Origin: an uncultured virus (IMG/VR IMGVR_UViG_3300035183_001042)
Taxonomy: Duplodnaviria; Heunggongvirae; Uroviricota; Caudoviricetes
Virus record (IMG/VR): IMGVR_UViG_3300035183_001042
Direction: 5' to 3' (one strand)
Length of the DNA stretch: 64,000 nt
Shown here: positions 18,889 through 28,544 of the stretch, piece by piece
Position numbering within the stretch: the stretch's first letter is position 1
Layout of the letters: each line of letters opens with the position of its first letter
Program-made: the position numbers and the translations under genes
The notes under the pieces: generated by a model
Told to the model about the DNA's origin: nothing
The model's database searches: none
Seen by the model: only the letters and a program-made list of their open reading frames with translations

Positions 18889-19719
18889 CTACACTCGGAG
18901 CAGCGTCACCTGAGCCGCGCGCATCTTCGCGAGCCGCTGTTGCCTGGGAGACAGCTTCGACAGGTCTTGATCTAGCTTTCCCATCTGGTCCGGGGACGAG
19001 CCAGCTTTCCTTGGAGTCGCGATCACGTTGTCGTTCGCGGCACTCACGGAGTTGAATCGAGGAAGGATCCCGAACGACCTGAAAAACTTCAACTCGGCGT
19101 AGGTCATGCGCGGAGTGGGCGCGAGGTACATCGCGAGGGCGGCGTGCTTTGCCGTTGATCCATCTCCGATATCCAACCAGTACACCAGCCTCAGTGGGTC
19201 TTTCTTGTATGACATCGACCCAGACATCCCAACGGAGCGAATCGCTTCATCCGTTGAGATTCCAGCACGATCTCTCCAGACGACGTGCTCGAGGTGGAGT
19301 CGATCGACCAGGGTCGCCGCGGCCTTCATCTCCTCCCATGGGCGCCTTCTTCCATCGACGCGCAGTTCGAGCAAGAACAGGTCCTCGTCTGGATCGAGGC
19401 GCAGATAGTCTTTCGGCTGCCCAAGCACGAGCTCGATGTCCTCTGTGGGAAGAAGAGCCGCGAGTCTCTTTCGCACCGCAGGAGCTGCCGCAAGCCAACT
19501 GTTCGAAGAGCAGACCATCCGTCCTTCTCTCCACGCAGAGAACACAGGCCCCTCGAACGCTTCGCAGACCGTGACGATGCCAGGATCCGAAGAAGGCGGA
19601 TCGCGCTCCGTCATGCGGGCGATCACATCAGGCATGGCATCGACCGCGTCGTAAACACGGTCGGAGCCAGGCATCGCGAGGAGCGCTGATCCAGGGTCAA
19701 GTTCCACTTCATCGCTCAC
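18889..19719 (-). CDS. hypothetical protein, possibly a degenerate RNA-ligase fold
   Basis: VTVCEAFEG resembles motif I (V.EK.DG) but lacks the catalytic Lys. Confidence 0.45.
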   Translation of the reverse strand: MSDEVELDPGSALLAMPGSDRVYDAVDAMPDVIARMTERDPPSSDPGIVTVCEAFEGPVFSAWREGRMVCSSNSWLAAAPAVRKRLAALLPTEDIELVLGQPKDYLRLDPDEDLFLLELRVDGRRRPWEEMKAAATLVDRLHLEHVVWRDRAGISTDEAIRSVGMSGSMSYKKDPLRLVYWLDIGDGSTAKHAALAMYLAPTPRMTYAELKFFRSFGILPRFNSVSAANDNVIATPRKAGSSPDQMGKLDQDLSKLSPRQQRLAKMRAAQVTLLRV

Positions 19720-20026
19720 AGAACTTCTCCATCTTCCGGATCTTCCACAACTGCCACAGCTCGAGCGCTGCGATCACAACAGCAGCAATTCCGTATTGCC
19801 AGTCTGGCAGCTTGTCGTCGACGCGCATCATGGTTGGGATTGCCACAATGTGGCACGCGATCGAGAAAATCGTTACCGACTTCATCGATTGGACGGCGTG
19901 GATCATCGTCGAACGGCTTCCACGCTCTCCCCTCAGTCTCTCCCTCTCGAAGATCGACCAAAGAATGTCGGTGAGCAAGTACACAATGAAGTTGCAGATC
20001 ATCCATGTGATGCCAACGAATAACAT
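19709..20026 (-). CDS. small multi-TM membrane protein
   Basis: Three hydrophobic segments. Confidence 0.5.
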   Translation of the reverse strand: MLFVGITWMICNFIVYLLTDILWSIFERERLRGERGSRSTMIHAVQSMKSVTIFSIACHIVAIPTMMRVDDKLPDWQYGIAAVVIAALELWQLWKIRKMEKFCER

Positions 20027-20084
20027 CGAAGCACCTTCCTATATCTCTCTTTGGACAAGAGACCGTCTTTATTTTGCGTGAAGT

Positions 20085-20190
20085 AGACTGAGAGTGTGTC
20101 GAGTCGATCGCGCGCGCTGCGCTGAATCTATGCCAATTTGTGCGGCTGCTCACGCTGGAGCGCAGCAATCGCTTTGTCGACGATGTTCAT
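20085..20190 (-). pseudogene. decayed 5' fragment of an Imm5-like paralog
   Basis: MNIVDKAIAALQREQPHKLA*IQRSARDRLDTLS vs VIDKAIAALPSEQQSEWAEIQHGARDPLDTLS; TAG at 20128-20130. Confidence 0.7.
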
Positions 20191-20203
20191 GTTCTGCTCT
20201 CAG

Positions 20204-20851
20204 TTACCGCATCCAATCAGCGGCGTGGCCTTTGAGCATGTCGTCGGCTATTACGACGCACAGACGGTGCAGTTCGGTAGCTTGTGCGCATTGCCACTCG
20301 TTGGAGTCTTCATCGGCGCGCATAATGCTGTTTACGTACGCGGCAGCCGCGTAGGAAGCGGTTTCTTCTGTGTTGTAGGCGGCGAAGATGGTTTCTTCGG
20401 TTGCGGCTGCGTACGCTGCGTATGCGGCTGCGTACGATGCGTTGAAAGGATCGTTATTGTCGGTGTAGATGCAGGTGTTAGCGGCTTGGCCAGCGTCGTC
20501 GGCTGCGTGTCTGCACTCCTGTTTGGTGGCTTGGCCTCTCACCCATCGTTCTGCTGTTTCAATAGCGCGAATCGGCCGCATTTCGCCCTCAGGCACATAG
20601 CGCAGGGCTTCACGCGCTACTGTACAAGCGAGTTGCACACCCAGTTTATGTGACCATTTTGTGATAAAGTGTAGTACTACACCTGCATCGGTCTGCGTAC
20701 GGGTCCAATTGTTCCAAGCGCACGTGATTGCGTGTCGGTGTGCTGGAGTCCATTTTCCCAACGTATCAAGTGGATCGGTTGATCCGCGCTGGAGTTCGTA
20801 CCATTTGTTCTGCTCTTCTGTCGTCAGCTCGGAGATAGCGTTGTTGATCAT
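20204..20851 (-). CDS. Imm5-like Ala-rich paralog 2
   Basis: LACTVAREALRYVPEGEMRPIRAIETAERWVRG; RBS GGAGG. Confidence 0.8.
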   Translation of the reverse strand: MINNAISELTTEEQNKWYELQRGSTDPLDTLGKWTPAHRHAITCAWNNWTRTQTDAGVVLHFITKWSHKLGVQLACTVAREALRYVPEGEMRPIRAIETAERWVRGQATKQECRHAADDAGQAANTCIYTDNNDPFNASYAAAYAAYAAATEETIFAAYNTEETASYAAAAYVNSIMRADEDSNEWQCAQATELHRLCVVIADDMLKGHAADWMR

Positions 20852-20870
20852 ATTGGTTTCCTCCTTGTGA

Positions 20871-21572
20871 TTACAGCATCCAATCAGCGGCGTGGCCTTT
20901 GAGCATGTCGTCGGCGATTACGACGCACAGACGGTGCAGCTCAGCGTCTCGCGCGCGTTGCCAAATGGCGGAATTTTCTACGTCGACGTTGGTGTCGTAT
21001 GCGGCGGCGTATGCGGTGTCGGTAGTTGCGTCGGCAGCGGCGGCGTAAGCGACGTAGGCGGCAGCGGCGTAAGCGACGTAGGCGGCAGCGGCGTCTGCGG
21101 CGTCTGCGACAGCGGCGGTAGCGTCGTCTGCGGCGTAGACGGCGGCGTAGGCGGCTGATGCGGCTGAAGTGGCGGCGTAGACAGTGGTGGATGCTGCGTC
21201 GACGGCGTCTGCTGCGGCGCGCCCGCACTCCATCTCGGACACCTCGCCGCGCGCCCAGCCTTCGGCCGCCTTGATCGCGCGGATTGGTCTGTGCTCGTCA
21301 TCAGGCACATACCGCAGCGCCTCTCGAGCCACACGGCACGCAAGTAGCACCGCGAGACGCAGCGACCACGCTGAGATCGTCCGCAGCACGACGCTCGCGT
21401 TGGTCTGCGAGCGCGCCCAGTCGCTCCATGCCAGCGTGATTGCGAGGCGGTGCTCAGGCGTCCACGCTGAGAGCGTGTCGAGCGGATCGCGTGCCCCGTG
21501 CTGTATCTCAGCCCACTCGCTCTGCTGCTCCGACGGGAGCGCAGCAATCGCTTTGTCGATCACGGCACTCAT
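20871..21572 (-). CDS. Imm5-like Ala-rich paralog 3
   Basis: Start MSAVIDKAIA overlaps the upstream stop (ATGA); same core; 21-bp internal duplication. Confidence 0.8.
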   Translation of the reverse strand: MSAVIDKAIAALPSEQQSEWAEIQHGARDPLDTLSAWTPEHRLAITLAWSDWARSQTNASVVLRTISAWSLRLAVLLACRVAREALRYVPDDEHRPIRAIKAAEGWARGEVSEMECGRAAADAVDAASTTVYAATSAASAAYAAVYAADDATAAVADAADAAAAYVAYAAAAYVAYAAAADATTDTAYAAAYDTNVDVENSAIWQRARDAELHRLCVVIADDMLKGHAADWML

Positions 21573-22168
21573 GTGATGCCCTCCACGTCGCGCGCTCGCA
21601 GCCACCTGCGAGCGCTATCGCATGTGACGTCGCGCGACGGCTTGCCGGACCCGCTCGCGCGATTGCGCGGGTCTGCCACATCAAGGACGCCAAGCCGGAC
21701 GCACTTATTGATCAGGCTACGTGACGCGCCCGCTAGCGAGGCGAGCCACGTCCTCGGCACCGCGCGCCCCTCGTCGAGGTACACGCGCGCGAGCGCCGCG
21801 CGGCACACCTCGGCGATCTCGGCGAGCTCTCCACTCAGATCGACGCGATCGACCCAGTCCTCTGGTGATGGCTCCTCGCCCAGCGTCGCGACGCATCCGA
21901 GCGAGACCACGCGCAGCGCCACGCGCGCGGAGGCCGGATCGGACCAGTCACCGCCGCGCCCTGTGCGGGCATAGGAGAGGAGCTCTATGGCCGCGCGAGC
22001 AAGTGCGAACTCATCGCTTGCACTCACACTCGCGCTCGCCCTTGTGCTGGCGTTCGCACTCAAGCTCGGTAACGCGGATATGCTCTCGATCCGCTCGCGA
22101 GCAAGCCAAGCGACCCGCTCAGGGAGCGAGTTTAGCTCAGGGCGCCAGATTCCAGTAGTCACTCTCAC
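21569..22168 (-). CDS. hypothetical protein, intact copy of the 2713-3265 gene
   Basis: 199-aa ORF; ~420 bp near-identical to 2836-3256. Confidence 0.75.
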   Translation of the reverse strand: MRVTTGIWRPELNSLPERVAWLARERIESISALPSLSANASTRASASVSASDEFALARAAIELLSYARTGRGGDWSDPASARVALRVVSLGCVATLGEEPSPEDWVDRVDLSGELAEIAEVCRAALARVYLDEGRAVPRTWLASLAGASRSLINKCVRLGVLDVADPRNRASGSGKPSRDVTCDSARRWLRARDVEGIT

Positions 22169-22354
22169 TCTCGACCTCCGTCGCGGAGAATGGAGGACAG
22201 CGCGCGCCCATCGCGCTCTCGCGCGCGGTCTTGGTAGCCAAACGATTTCATCGCGTCGTATTGCCCGCGTTCGCGGATTGTGTTCATCGCTTTCTCAATG
22301 CCGCTGAACGTCCATGCTACGTTCATGCTCTATCTCTCCTCTCGTTGTTGTGCT

Positions 22355-23017
22355 CTACCTGATCCAATCAGCTGAACGGCCAGAGAGAAGGTCGTCGGCG
22401 ATCACAAAGCACAGACGGCGCAGTTCGGCGCTGTACGCTGCGTCCCAGTTGGCGGCGGAGTAGGTAGCGGCGTAGGTTGCGTCGGCCACTGCGAATGCGG
22501 CAGCGCATGCCGCGTCCGCTGCGTCGTCGTAGGTGGCGGCGTAGGTGGCGGCGTAGGCAGCGTGGGCAGCCGATTTGGCTGCTACAGCGTATACGGCGGC
22601 TGCGGCGTATGGGGTGTCGTCGGCTGCGGCCGCGTCGGCGGCCGCGTCGGCTGCATTAGCTGCGCGTCTGCACTCCTCCCCTGTGGCTCTGCCACGCACC
22701 CAGCGCTCTGCGGTCTCGACCGCGCGTAGCGGCCGGAGTTCGCTTGTAGGCACATACCGCAGCGCCTCTCGAGCCACACGGCACGCAAGTAGCACCGCGA
22801 GACGCAGCGACCACGCTGCGATCGTCCGCAGCACGAAGCGCGCGTCGGTCTGCTCGCGCGCCCAGTTACTCCATGCCCGCGTGATTGCGAGGCGGTGCTC
22901 AGGCGTCCACGCTGAGAGCGTGTCGAGCGGGTCACGCGCGCCGCTTTGCAGATCTGCCCACTCGCTCTGCTGCTCCGGCGAGAGCGAGGCGATCGCTCGC
23001 TCGATCACAGAGCTCAT
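22355..23017 (-). CDS. Imm5-like Ala-rich paralog 4
   Basis: Same core motifs as the other paralogs. Confidence 0.8.
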   Translation of the reverse strand: MSSVIERAIASLSPEQQSEWADLQSGARDPLDTLSAWTPEHRLAITRAWSNWAREQTDARFVLRTIAAWSLRLAVLLACRVAREALRYVPTSELRPLRAVETAERWVRGRATGEECRRAANAADAAADAAAADDTPYAAAAVYAVAAKSAAHAAYAATYAATYDDAADAACAAAFAVADATYAATYSAANWDAAYSAELRRLCFVIADDLLSGRSADWIR

Positions 23018-23199
23018 GTGCCGCCTCGCACAAGGCTGGTGACCGCGATCACCCGCCCACTCTCGTCGCGGATGGCACCGTCCCCGAGTCCACCCGGTGT
23101 CGCTGCGACCCGGGCGACGGTCCCGCTCGGCGGGACCGCAACTTCATCACCCTGCGAACGCCGCAGGGTGATTGAGTGGGGGGTGAGATTGATCAACAT
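23014..23199 (-). CDS. small phage-type protein (INLTPH motif)
   Basis: MLINLTPHSITL...VPPSGTVARV...RDESGRVIAV after GGAGG; looks internally shortened. Confidence 0.55.
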   Translation of the reverse strand: MLINLTPHSITLRRSQGDEVAVPPSGTVARVAATPGGLGDGAIRDESGRVIAVTSLVRGGT

Positions 23200-23293
23200 G
23201 TCTTCCTCCAATCGAGCGCGTGTGGCGCTCGGCGCTGTCCGCCTCACTCAGACAGCGCCCAACGCCCCCAGCGTGGTGCGTGGCTGGGCTGAT

Positions 23294-23650
23294 TCAGCGG
23301 TAGAACTTGATTACGCAGCTTCCTACTGCATCGTAGCCACCGTGCGGTGACTTGTAGCCGAAGGTGAGTTGGTACACCTCCCCATGCTCGTCTTCGCCCT
23401 GAGGGCTGCACGCGATCAGGCGCAGCCCTTTGCCAGCCACGCTGGCGAGCCGTCTGGCATAGGCATCCTGAGGCCTGTCCTCTCCGTCCTGTCTGACCCG
23501 GACCGGAGAGGAACTGACGGCACTTTTGATGTCCGCGCAGAGGCCGGTTAGTCCCCAGACACTGAACCAGACGGTCTTGGTGGAGATGCGCTTCGTGGCG
23601 CTCGTCGTGCTCGTCGTGCTCGTCGTGCTCGTCGTGCTCGTCGTGCTCAT
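23294..23650 (-). CDS. hypothetical early-like protein with N-terminal (STT)5 repeat
   Basis: First ORF after promoter copy B; 9-bp perfect repeat at 23600-23648. Confidence 0.7.
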   Translation of the reverse strand: MSTTSTTSTTSTTSTTSATKRISTKTVWFSVWGLTGLCADIKSAVSSSPVRVRQDGEDRPQDAYARRLASVAGKGLRLIACSPQGEDEHGEVYQLTFGYKSPHGGYDAVGSCVIKFYR

Positions 23651-23810
23651 GGTCTCTTGCTCCTTATCACTATCGGCGCTCCGTGCGCCTTGGGTGATGT
23701 GGACTATATGGCGTACGGTTCGTCAACCTTGATAAACTAAGAAAGTGATAACTCACCGAAATCGCGTGTCTTTTAGACACGTTTTAGCGACACCGCCCGC
23801 GATCGTGCCT
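23651..23810 (-). promoter_or_regulatory. promoter and leader cassette, copy B (inverted relative to A)
   Basis: TTGACG (23721-23726) and TATAGT (23703-23708), but only a 12-nt spacer. Conserved blocks at 23683-23700, 23740-23755 and 23796-23810. Confidence 0.7.
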
Positions 23811-23930
23811 ACCTGAGCCACTCAGCGGGGCGGCATCGCGCGCGTCGCCAAACGTTGAAAACAAAAGAAGTCCAGATCACCAGCGCGATGCCAAGCTATT
23901 GTGATCCGTGAGCATCGATCGAATCCTCTC

Positions 23931-24470
23931 TCAGGAGGCAGCCGATTCGCCGTCGTTCTCTGCAGGCGCCGAGCCATCGATCTTGACGATCCGGTATCGA
24001 GAATCGCGAGTGCTGCCCTTGCGCTCGACGCGTCCTGAAGCGATCAACTCACCGATGATCTTGCGCTGCACTTCAACCGCGACGCCCTTGGCGACCTTGT
24101 CCGCCACGACTTGCAGCTTCACCCACTCCTCGCCGTGTTTCGCGAGCTCCTTGAAGAACTCCTCCCGAAGAGCCTCGCGCTGACTCGCGGTGACCGCTGT
24201 GTTCTTGACGGAACTCGACGCCTTCGCAGGACGAGCCTTCGCGCCCTTCTTCGCAGGCTTCTTACCCGAAGTCTTGTCGGCTTCCTTGCCGGTCGACTTC
24301 GACCTCGATCGACTCGAGTCGTATTCTTCCGACGGTCGCGCGTGACGACGAGTCTTCGACCCACCGCTCAGCGCCATCAGTTCGTTGATGCTCATCTCGC
24401 TGAGCATCTTGATGATGGCGCTTGCCATGTGCTGTGCCAGATCGTTGATGGTCTTTCTGATCTTCGACAT
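23931..24470 (-). CDS. histone-like Lys/Ala-rich DNA-binding protein with C-terminal winged helix
   Basis: N-terminal amphipathic helix, basic linker, IIGELIASGRVERKGSTRDSRY wing. Confidence 0.6.
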   Translation of the reverse strand: MSKIRKTINDLAQHMASAIIKMLSEMSINELMALSGGSKTRRHARPSEEYDSSRSRSKSTGKEADKTSGKKPAKKGAKARPAKASSSVKNTAVTASQREALREEFFKELAKHGEEWVKLQVVADKVAKGVAVEVQRKIIGELIASGRVERKGSTRDSRYRIVKIDGSAPAENDGESAAS

Positions 24471-24500
24471 CGATTCTTCTCCTCTTGTTGTAAATACGGA

Positions 24501-24905
24501 TCAAGATGCGCGCTGCGAACGAAGCTCCTTGAGCTTCTGGCGAAGAACCGCCAGATCAGGGATGACTTCATTGATAATCTTCGCCGTCTTGTATGCGGAC
24601 GACAGAGAGATCATGCTTGAAATCATGAAGGACACTACAGAGACCGAGCGAAGGACGCGAGCCAACGGGGGCTGGATAGTCTTGATCAGATCCACGAACA
24701 AGATGACGCCAGCGACGGTAAATCCGGCCCAAGCGATCATCGATAATGCGAAAAACCAAAATTTCTCCCTCAGAAACTCCTCGGTGCTGACGATGATCTT
24801 CAGCAACTCGCTATACGGCGTATGGCGATGGCTGTTGTCTAGCGATGGATGCTCTTGCTTCATGTCCGCGCCGATGATGACACGCACCGATTCAGCAGTC
24901 AACAA
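24501..24905 (-). CDS. two-TM membrane protein
   Basis: FWFFALSMIAWAGFTVAGVILFV and VSVVSFMISSMISL. Confidence 0.55.
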   Translation of the reverse strand: MLTAESVRVIIGADMKQEHPSLDNSHRHTPYSELLKIIVSTEEFLREKFWFFALSMIAWAGFTVAGVILFVDLIKTIQPPLARVLRSVSVVSFMISSMISLSSAYKTAKIINEVIPDLAVLRQKLKELRSQRAS

Positions 24906-25324
24906 GATTGTGTAAAAGAATTCAGAGGAAGTAGTTTGCTCTCACGATCGCCTCTACGACTGGAGGACAAACCGCATTCCAGAAGAGCGCGATGAGATCG
25001 GTCTTGCTGAACTTTCTTCGCTGCTTTTCGACTCTTCTTCGTGTCAAACAATAGATCGTTCTTCGTATGGCACAGACGCACTCTTCTGCCCGTGAGGAAC
25101 GCGCAGACGCGTAACTAACTGCTCGATGCGCACAAGGTCGATGCTAGCCGTGCTCGATCTACTATCTGCGCGCGGCTCCGCTCTCTCTTGTGCTCCTCTG
25201 CGCTGTTCGTTTCGCTCTTCGCGCGGGTTCACGGGCAGAGGGATGCGCCGCTGGGAGGTTACGAACTCGGGATGTTTGGGCGACAAACCAGTGCGTGGCA
25301 GAGGCTTACGCACCGTATGGTCTA

Positions 25325-25852
25325 CTAGAAATCGACCGGTTCGACGCGGAGGTTCGCCTTCGGATACTCCTCCACATTCTTGGGGGTTTCATACTCCGGC
25401 TGGAGCCCGAGTGTATCCTCGAACTGCCGCAGCAGGAGGCGAGCCTGAACCATATACTGCCTCGCTTGGTCTTCGGCGTCTGTGACGATGCTTTCGTCCC
25501 GCAGCACTGACTTGACGATCTGCGCGTTGACGATCTCCACAGAGAGCGTCGAGACGTGCGAGAGTATCTTCACGAGCTCGTTGATCAGCGCATGCATCGT
25601 CGACGTCTTGTTCTTCGCGATCATGTCGAGCACGTTCGACGCGGAAGAGCCGCGGATGTCGACCTTCATTGGCCGATCGACTCGGGATGCAGCAGAGATC
25701 TTCGATGCATCCGAGGCCGTCTGAAACGGTGTCTGTGCCTTCGTAGGCTTCGAAGGATCACGCTGGACCTTGCTGATCGTCTTGCTGTTCTTCTTGCTGT
25801 TCTTCTTCTTGCTGTTCTTCTTGTTGCTCTGGGCCGTCATGAATAGCTCCAT
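25325..25852 (-). CDS. hypothetical protein with Lys-rich N-terminus
   Basis: 175-aa ORF with KKNSK repeats. Confidence 0.55.
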   Translation of the reverse strand: MELFMTAQSNKKNSKKKNSKKNSKTISKVQRDPSKPTKAQTPFQTASDASKISAASRVDRPMKVDIRGSSASNVLDMIAKNKTSTMHALINELVKILSHVSTLSVEIVNAQIVKSVLRDESIVTDAEDQARQYMVQARLLLRQFEDTLGLQPEYETPKNVEEYPKANLRVEPVDF

Positions 25853-25946
25853 TCGCCGAGAAACGGCGCTGTGGGCGTACGTTTAGCGTGTTTCGGTTCA
25901 ACGGTCAACAGGAATGACGCGCGGAGCGACGCACGGCTGCGCTTCA

Positions 25947-26708
25947 TCAGTCGGAGTCGTCCGGCAGCAGTAGCTCTAGTTCTTCGAGCAGCTGCTTGTA
26001 TTCGTGTCTTCCAGCGATCTCTTTTGCCGATCCAGACTTCGACATCAGCATGATCCCAGCGTTCTTCTCCTCAAGGCGGTAGGCTGCAGGAACCTGTGGG
26101 ACGTACAGCGGTCTCTTGAGCGCGAGCGTCTCTCTTGTTGCATGGAGAGATCCTCCACGCAGACCGGTCTGGATGCAGAATGTCGCGAGACCGAGCGCAG
26201 CCTGCAGGCGGTCACGCTGGACAAGGTTCCGCCCCGTGGTCCTGATGCCTGGCGGGTACTCGCTGAGTAGTGTTCCGCCGGACTCGAGGATTTGCTTGGC
26301 GAGTTTCGCGTTATCTCTCGGGTAGACGCTGAGATCCAAGCCGTGGGCTAGGACTGCGACAGTGTGACCGCCTACCTCGAGCGCGGCTTTGTGACATGCC
26401 GTGTCGATCCCGATCGCCAGTCCGCTGACGATGCTCCATCCGCCCTTTGCGAGCGCTCCGACGATCCCCTTCGCCGCAATCACGCCAAACGCTGTTGGCT
26501 CTCTGGTGCCGACGCAAGTGACGCTTTTTCGCCTCGGGAGCGAGCCTTTGACGAAGATGGTCCGTGGGCACGTTGGGTGTGCCAGCATGTTCTCTGGGAA
26601 GCCTCGATCATCCCTGTCTAGGATGGTGATCCCTGCCCGTTTGCATACATCGCGCGTTTTGCTGCTCAGAGACGTAGGCTGGCTTTTGTCGGCGCCGTTG
26701 TCGCTCAT
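25947..26708 (-). CDS. dprA: DprA/Smf DNA-processing protein
   Basis: VGTREPT, IVSGLAIGIDTACH, LLSEYPPG, RDRLQAALG and GGSLHA. Confidence 0.92.
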   Translation of the reverse strand: MSDNGADKSQPTSLSSKTRDVCKRAGITILDRDDRGFPENMLAHPTCPRTIFVKGSLPRRKSVTCVGTREPTAFGVIAAKGIVGALAKGGWSIVSGLAIGIDTACHKAALEVGGHTVAVLAHGLDLSVYPRDNAKLAKQILESGGTLLSEYPPGIRTTGRNLVQRDRLQAALGLATFCIQTGLRGGSLHATRETLALKRPLYVPQVPAAYRLEEKNAGIMLMSKSGSAKEIAGRHEYKQLLEELELLLPDDSD

Positions 26709-26989
26709 CGAGGAGCGCTGCCATCGCTGCCGACAGATTCATTTGGCTTGTCTTCGAGTTCGACGAGCCTTTTCTTGAGAGACGCCGCGACCTCAGCGAG
26801 GATGCCTCCATCCATGCTCGACTCTCCAAGCTTGCTCTCTTTCTTGCCGCTGACCGTATCTACCTTGTTGTTGCTCATGCTGTACTCCTTCAGTATATAT
26901 GAAACTGTTTCATCCGTCGGATGAGCGTTGAGAGCGATTCAGTATCGTTACCTATGGCCTGCTGCCATGCTTTTCATGGCTTGTTCTCC

Positions 26990-27502
26990 TCATAGCTCAT
27001 CGAGGCTCTTGCCGCTTAGATCGAGGGCAAGACGTACGCCGATGTCTTCACCGTGCTTCTTTACGAGCCTCAAGACCCTCTCCCTCGAGATGCCGCACAC
27101 ATTGGACACACGAGAGAGCGTTGTCTTCTTTCCCTGCACGACGACCCACCGGACCCTGCGGTCAGTTGGCTTGGTGACGTGCCCCCTCTTCCACGGCCCT
27201 GGATTGTCGATGGACTCTTGGATCGCGGCCTCTGCGCTGCGCCTGAGCCATACGCGCGACTCGAGCGTTTGGAAGCGAATGTCGAGGGCTCTGGCCCACT
27301 CCCGCAGAGTCATCGAGGCGCCGTTCACCGTGATCTTCCTGCCAGACTCCGCGTTCTTGCGAGGCTTGTTCATCCACCGGCGAGACGCGTCTCTCATCTC
27401 TTCTTCGGTAGCCGTCCTGTGATCCACGCCGAACTCGCGGCAGATCTTCATCACGGTGGATCGAGAGTATCCAGAGATCTCGACAAACCTCTTCATCTCT
27501 TT
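26990..27502 (-). CDS. HTH-repeat DNA-binding protein (HNH-associated type)
   Basis: ITVNGASMTLREWARALDIRFQTLESR and a second similar repeat; start uncertain. Confidence 0.55.
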   Translation of the reverse strand, partial: KEMKRFVEISGYSRSTVMKICREFGVDHRTATEEEMRDASRRWMNKPRKNAESGRKITVNGASMTLREWARALDIRFQTLESRVWLRRSAEAAIQESIDNPGPWKRGHVTKPTDRRVRWVVVQGKKTTLSRVSNVCGISRERVLRLVKKHGEDIGVRLALDLSGKSLDEL

Positions 27503-28544
27503 GCCCATTCTCTGCGACTCGCTCACAACAGATCGCTCCTTCCTGAGGACGACAACATTGTCTCGCGCCACTGTAGCGCGAGCGTCATACAGTTCGAGCA
27601 CTTTGGGTGTTTCCCGACACCCTCCGGCAGCGGATCGTTCTCCCTCGCGTGCAGACTCCAAGCACGCGCTGCACGGTCCTCCGCCGGTGGTCTGCGACGC
27701 TCATGCTCGTCTTTCGCAGTATCTCTGGTTCGCACATCCAATCTCCGTGAAACCACCAGAGCCCAGAGCCAAGGCGCCAGCAACGCGACGCAGTGGCCTC
27801 TTGTAGGACATGAGCGATCGCTTGGAGACTGACAGCGTGACGTCGGTCTTCTCTGGCCAGTTATGGCGGTGCGAGCCGAGTGGAAACATGATGCGACCCG
27901 CATCATGCAATGACCGATGAATCTAGTCAATCCAATTCGTCTCGGCCGTCTACAATGACACGTGTCAGCTGCGAACCCCTAGCTTTTCGCTGGCCTCGCC
28001 GAGCTTCCAGTAGACCTTGCCGCGCAGCTTGGCCCTCGCCTTCTTCAGCGCTCTTCGCCGTTCGTCACGGCTGGCGTTGTCTTGGATCATTCCGGCTTTC
28101 TTCATGAGCGGCAGGAGTTGCTCGTCGCTCAAGACATCGATCATCTCGACGGTTTTGTTAACGGCAGGAGCCTCACGATCATCGTTCTTCACGTTCATGA
28201 GTCGATCATCGTGTCAGCGGCCGAGTTTCGCAACTTTCCACATCAAACCGGATGGGATCTCGCTGCCTCGACTATCTCTGGAAGACATCGCGTCCGCAGT
28301 GAAGATGCTGGTGGACTTCTGGCGCCTTCTTGAAAAGGCTTGCCTCGCGATGGTGGCGCGTTGGAGCAAGGAGCGCGGCTCCCGCGAGATCGCCTATTGG
28401 CGGTTGCGTCTGTTGACGTTGCGTTCCCACGAGTGCGCAGACGCAGACGCCTCTGTCTAAGTTTCGTGCTCCTCGAACGAGGATGTCGTTGTACACCATC
28501 AGGTGATCTATGCCAATTCAAAGAACAGTGGCGTAGCGTCACGG

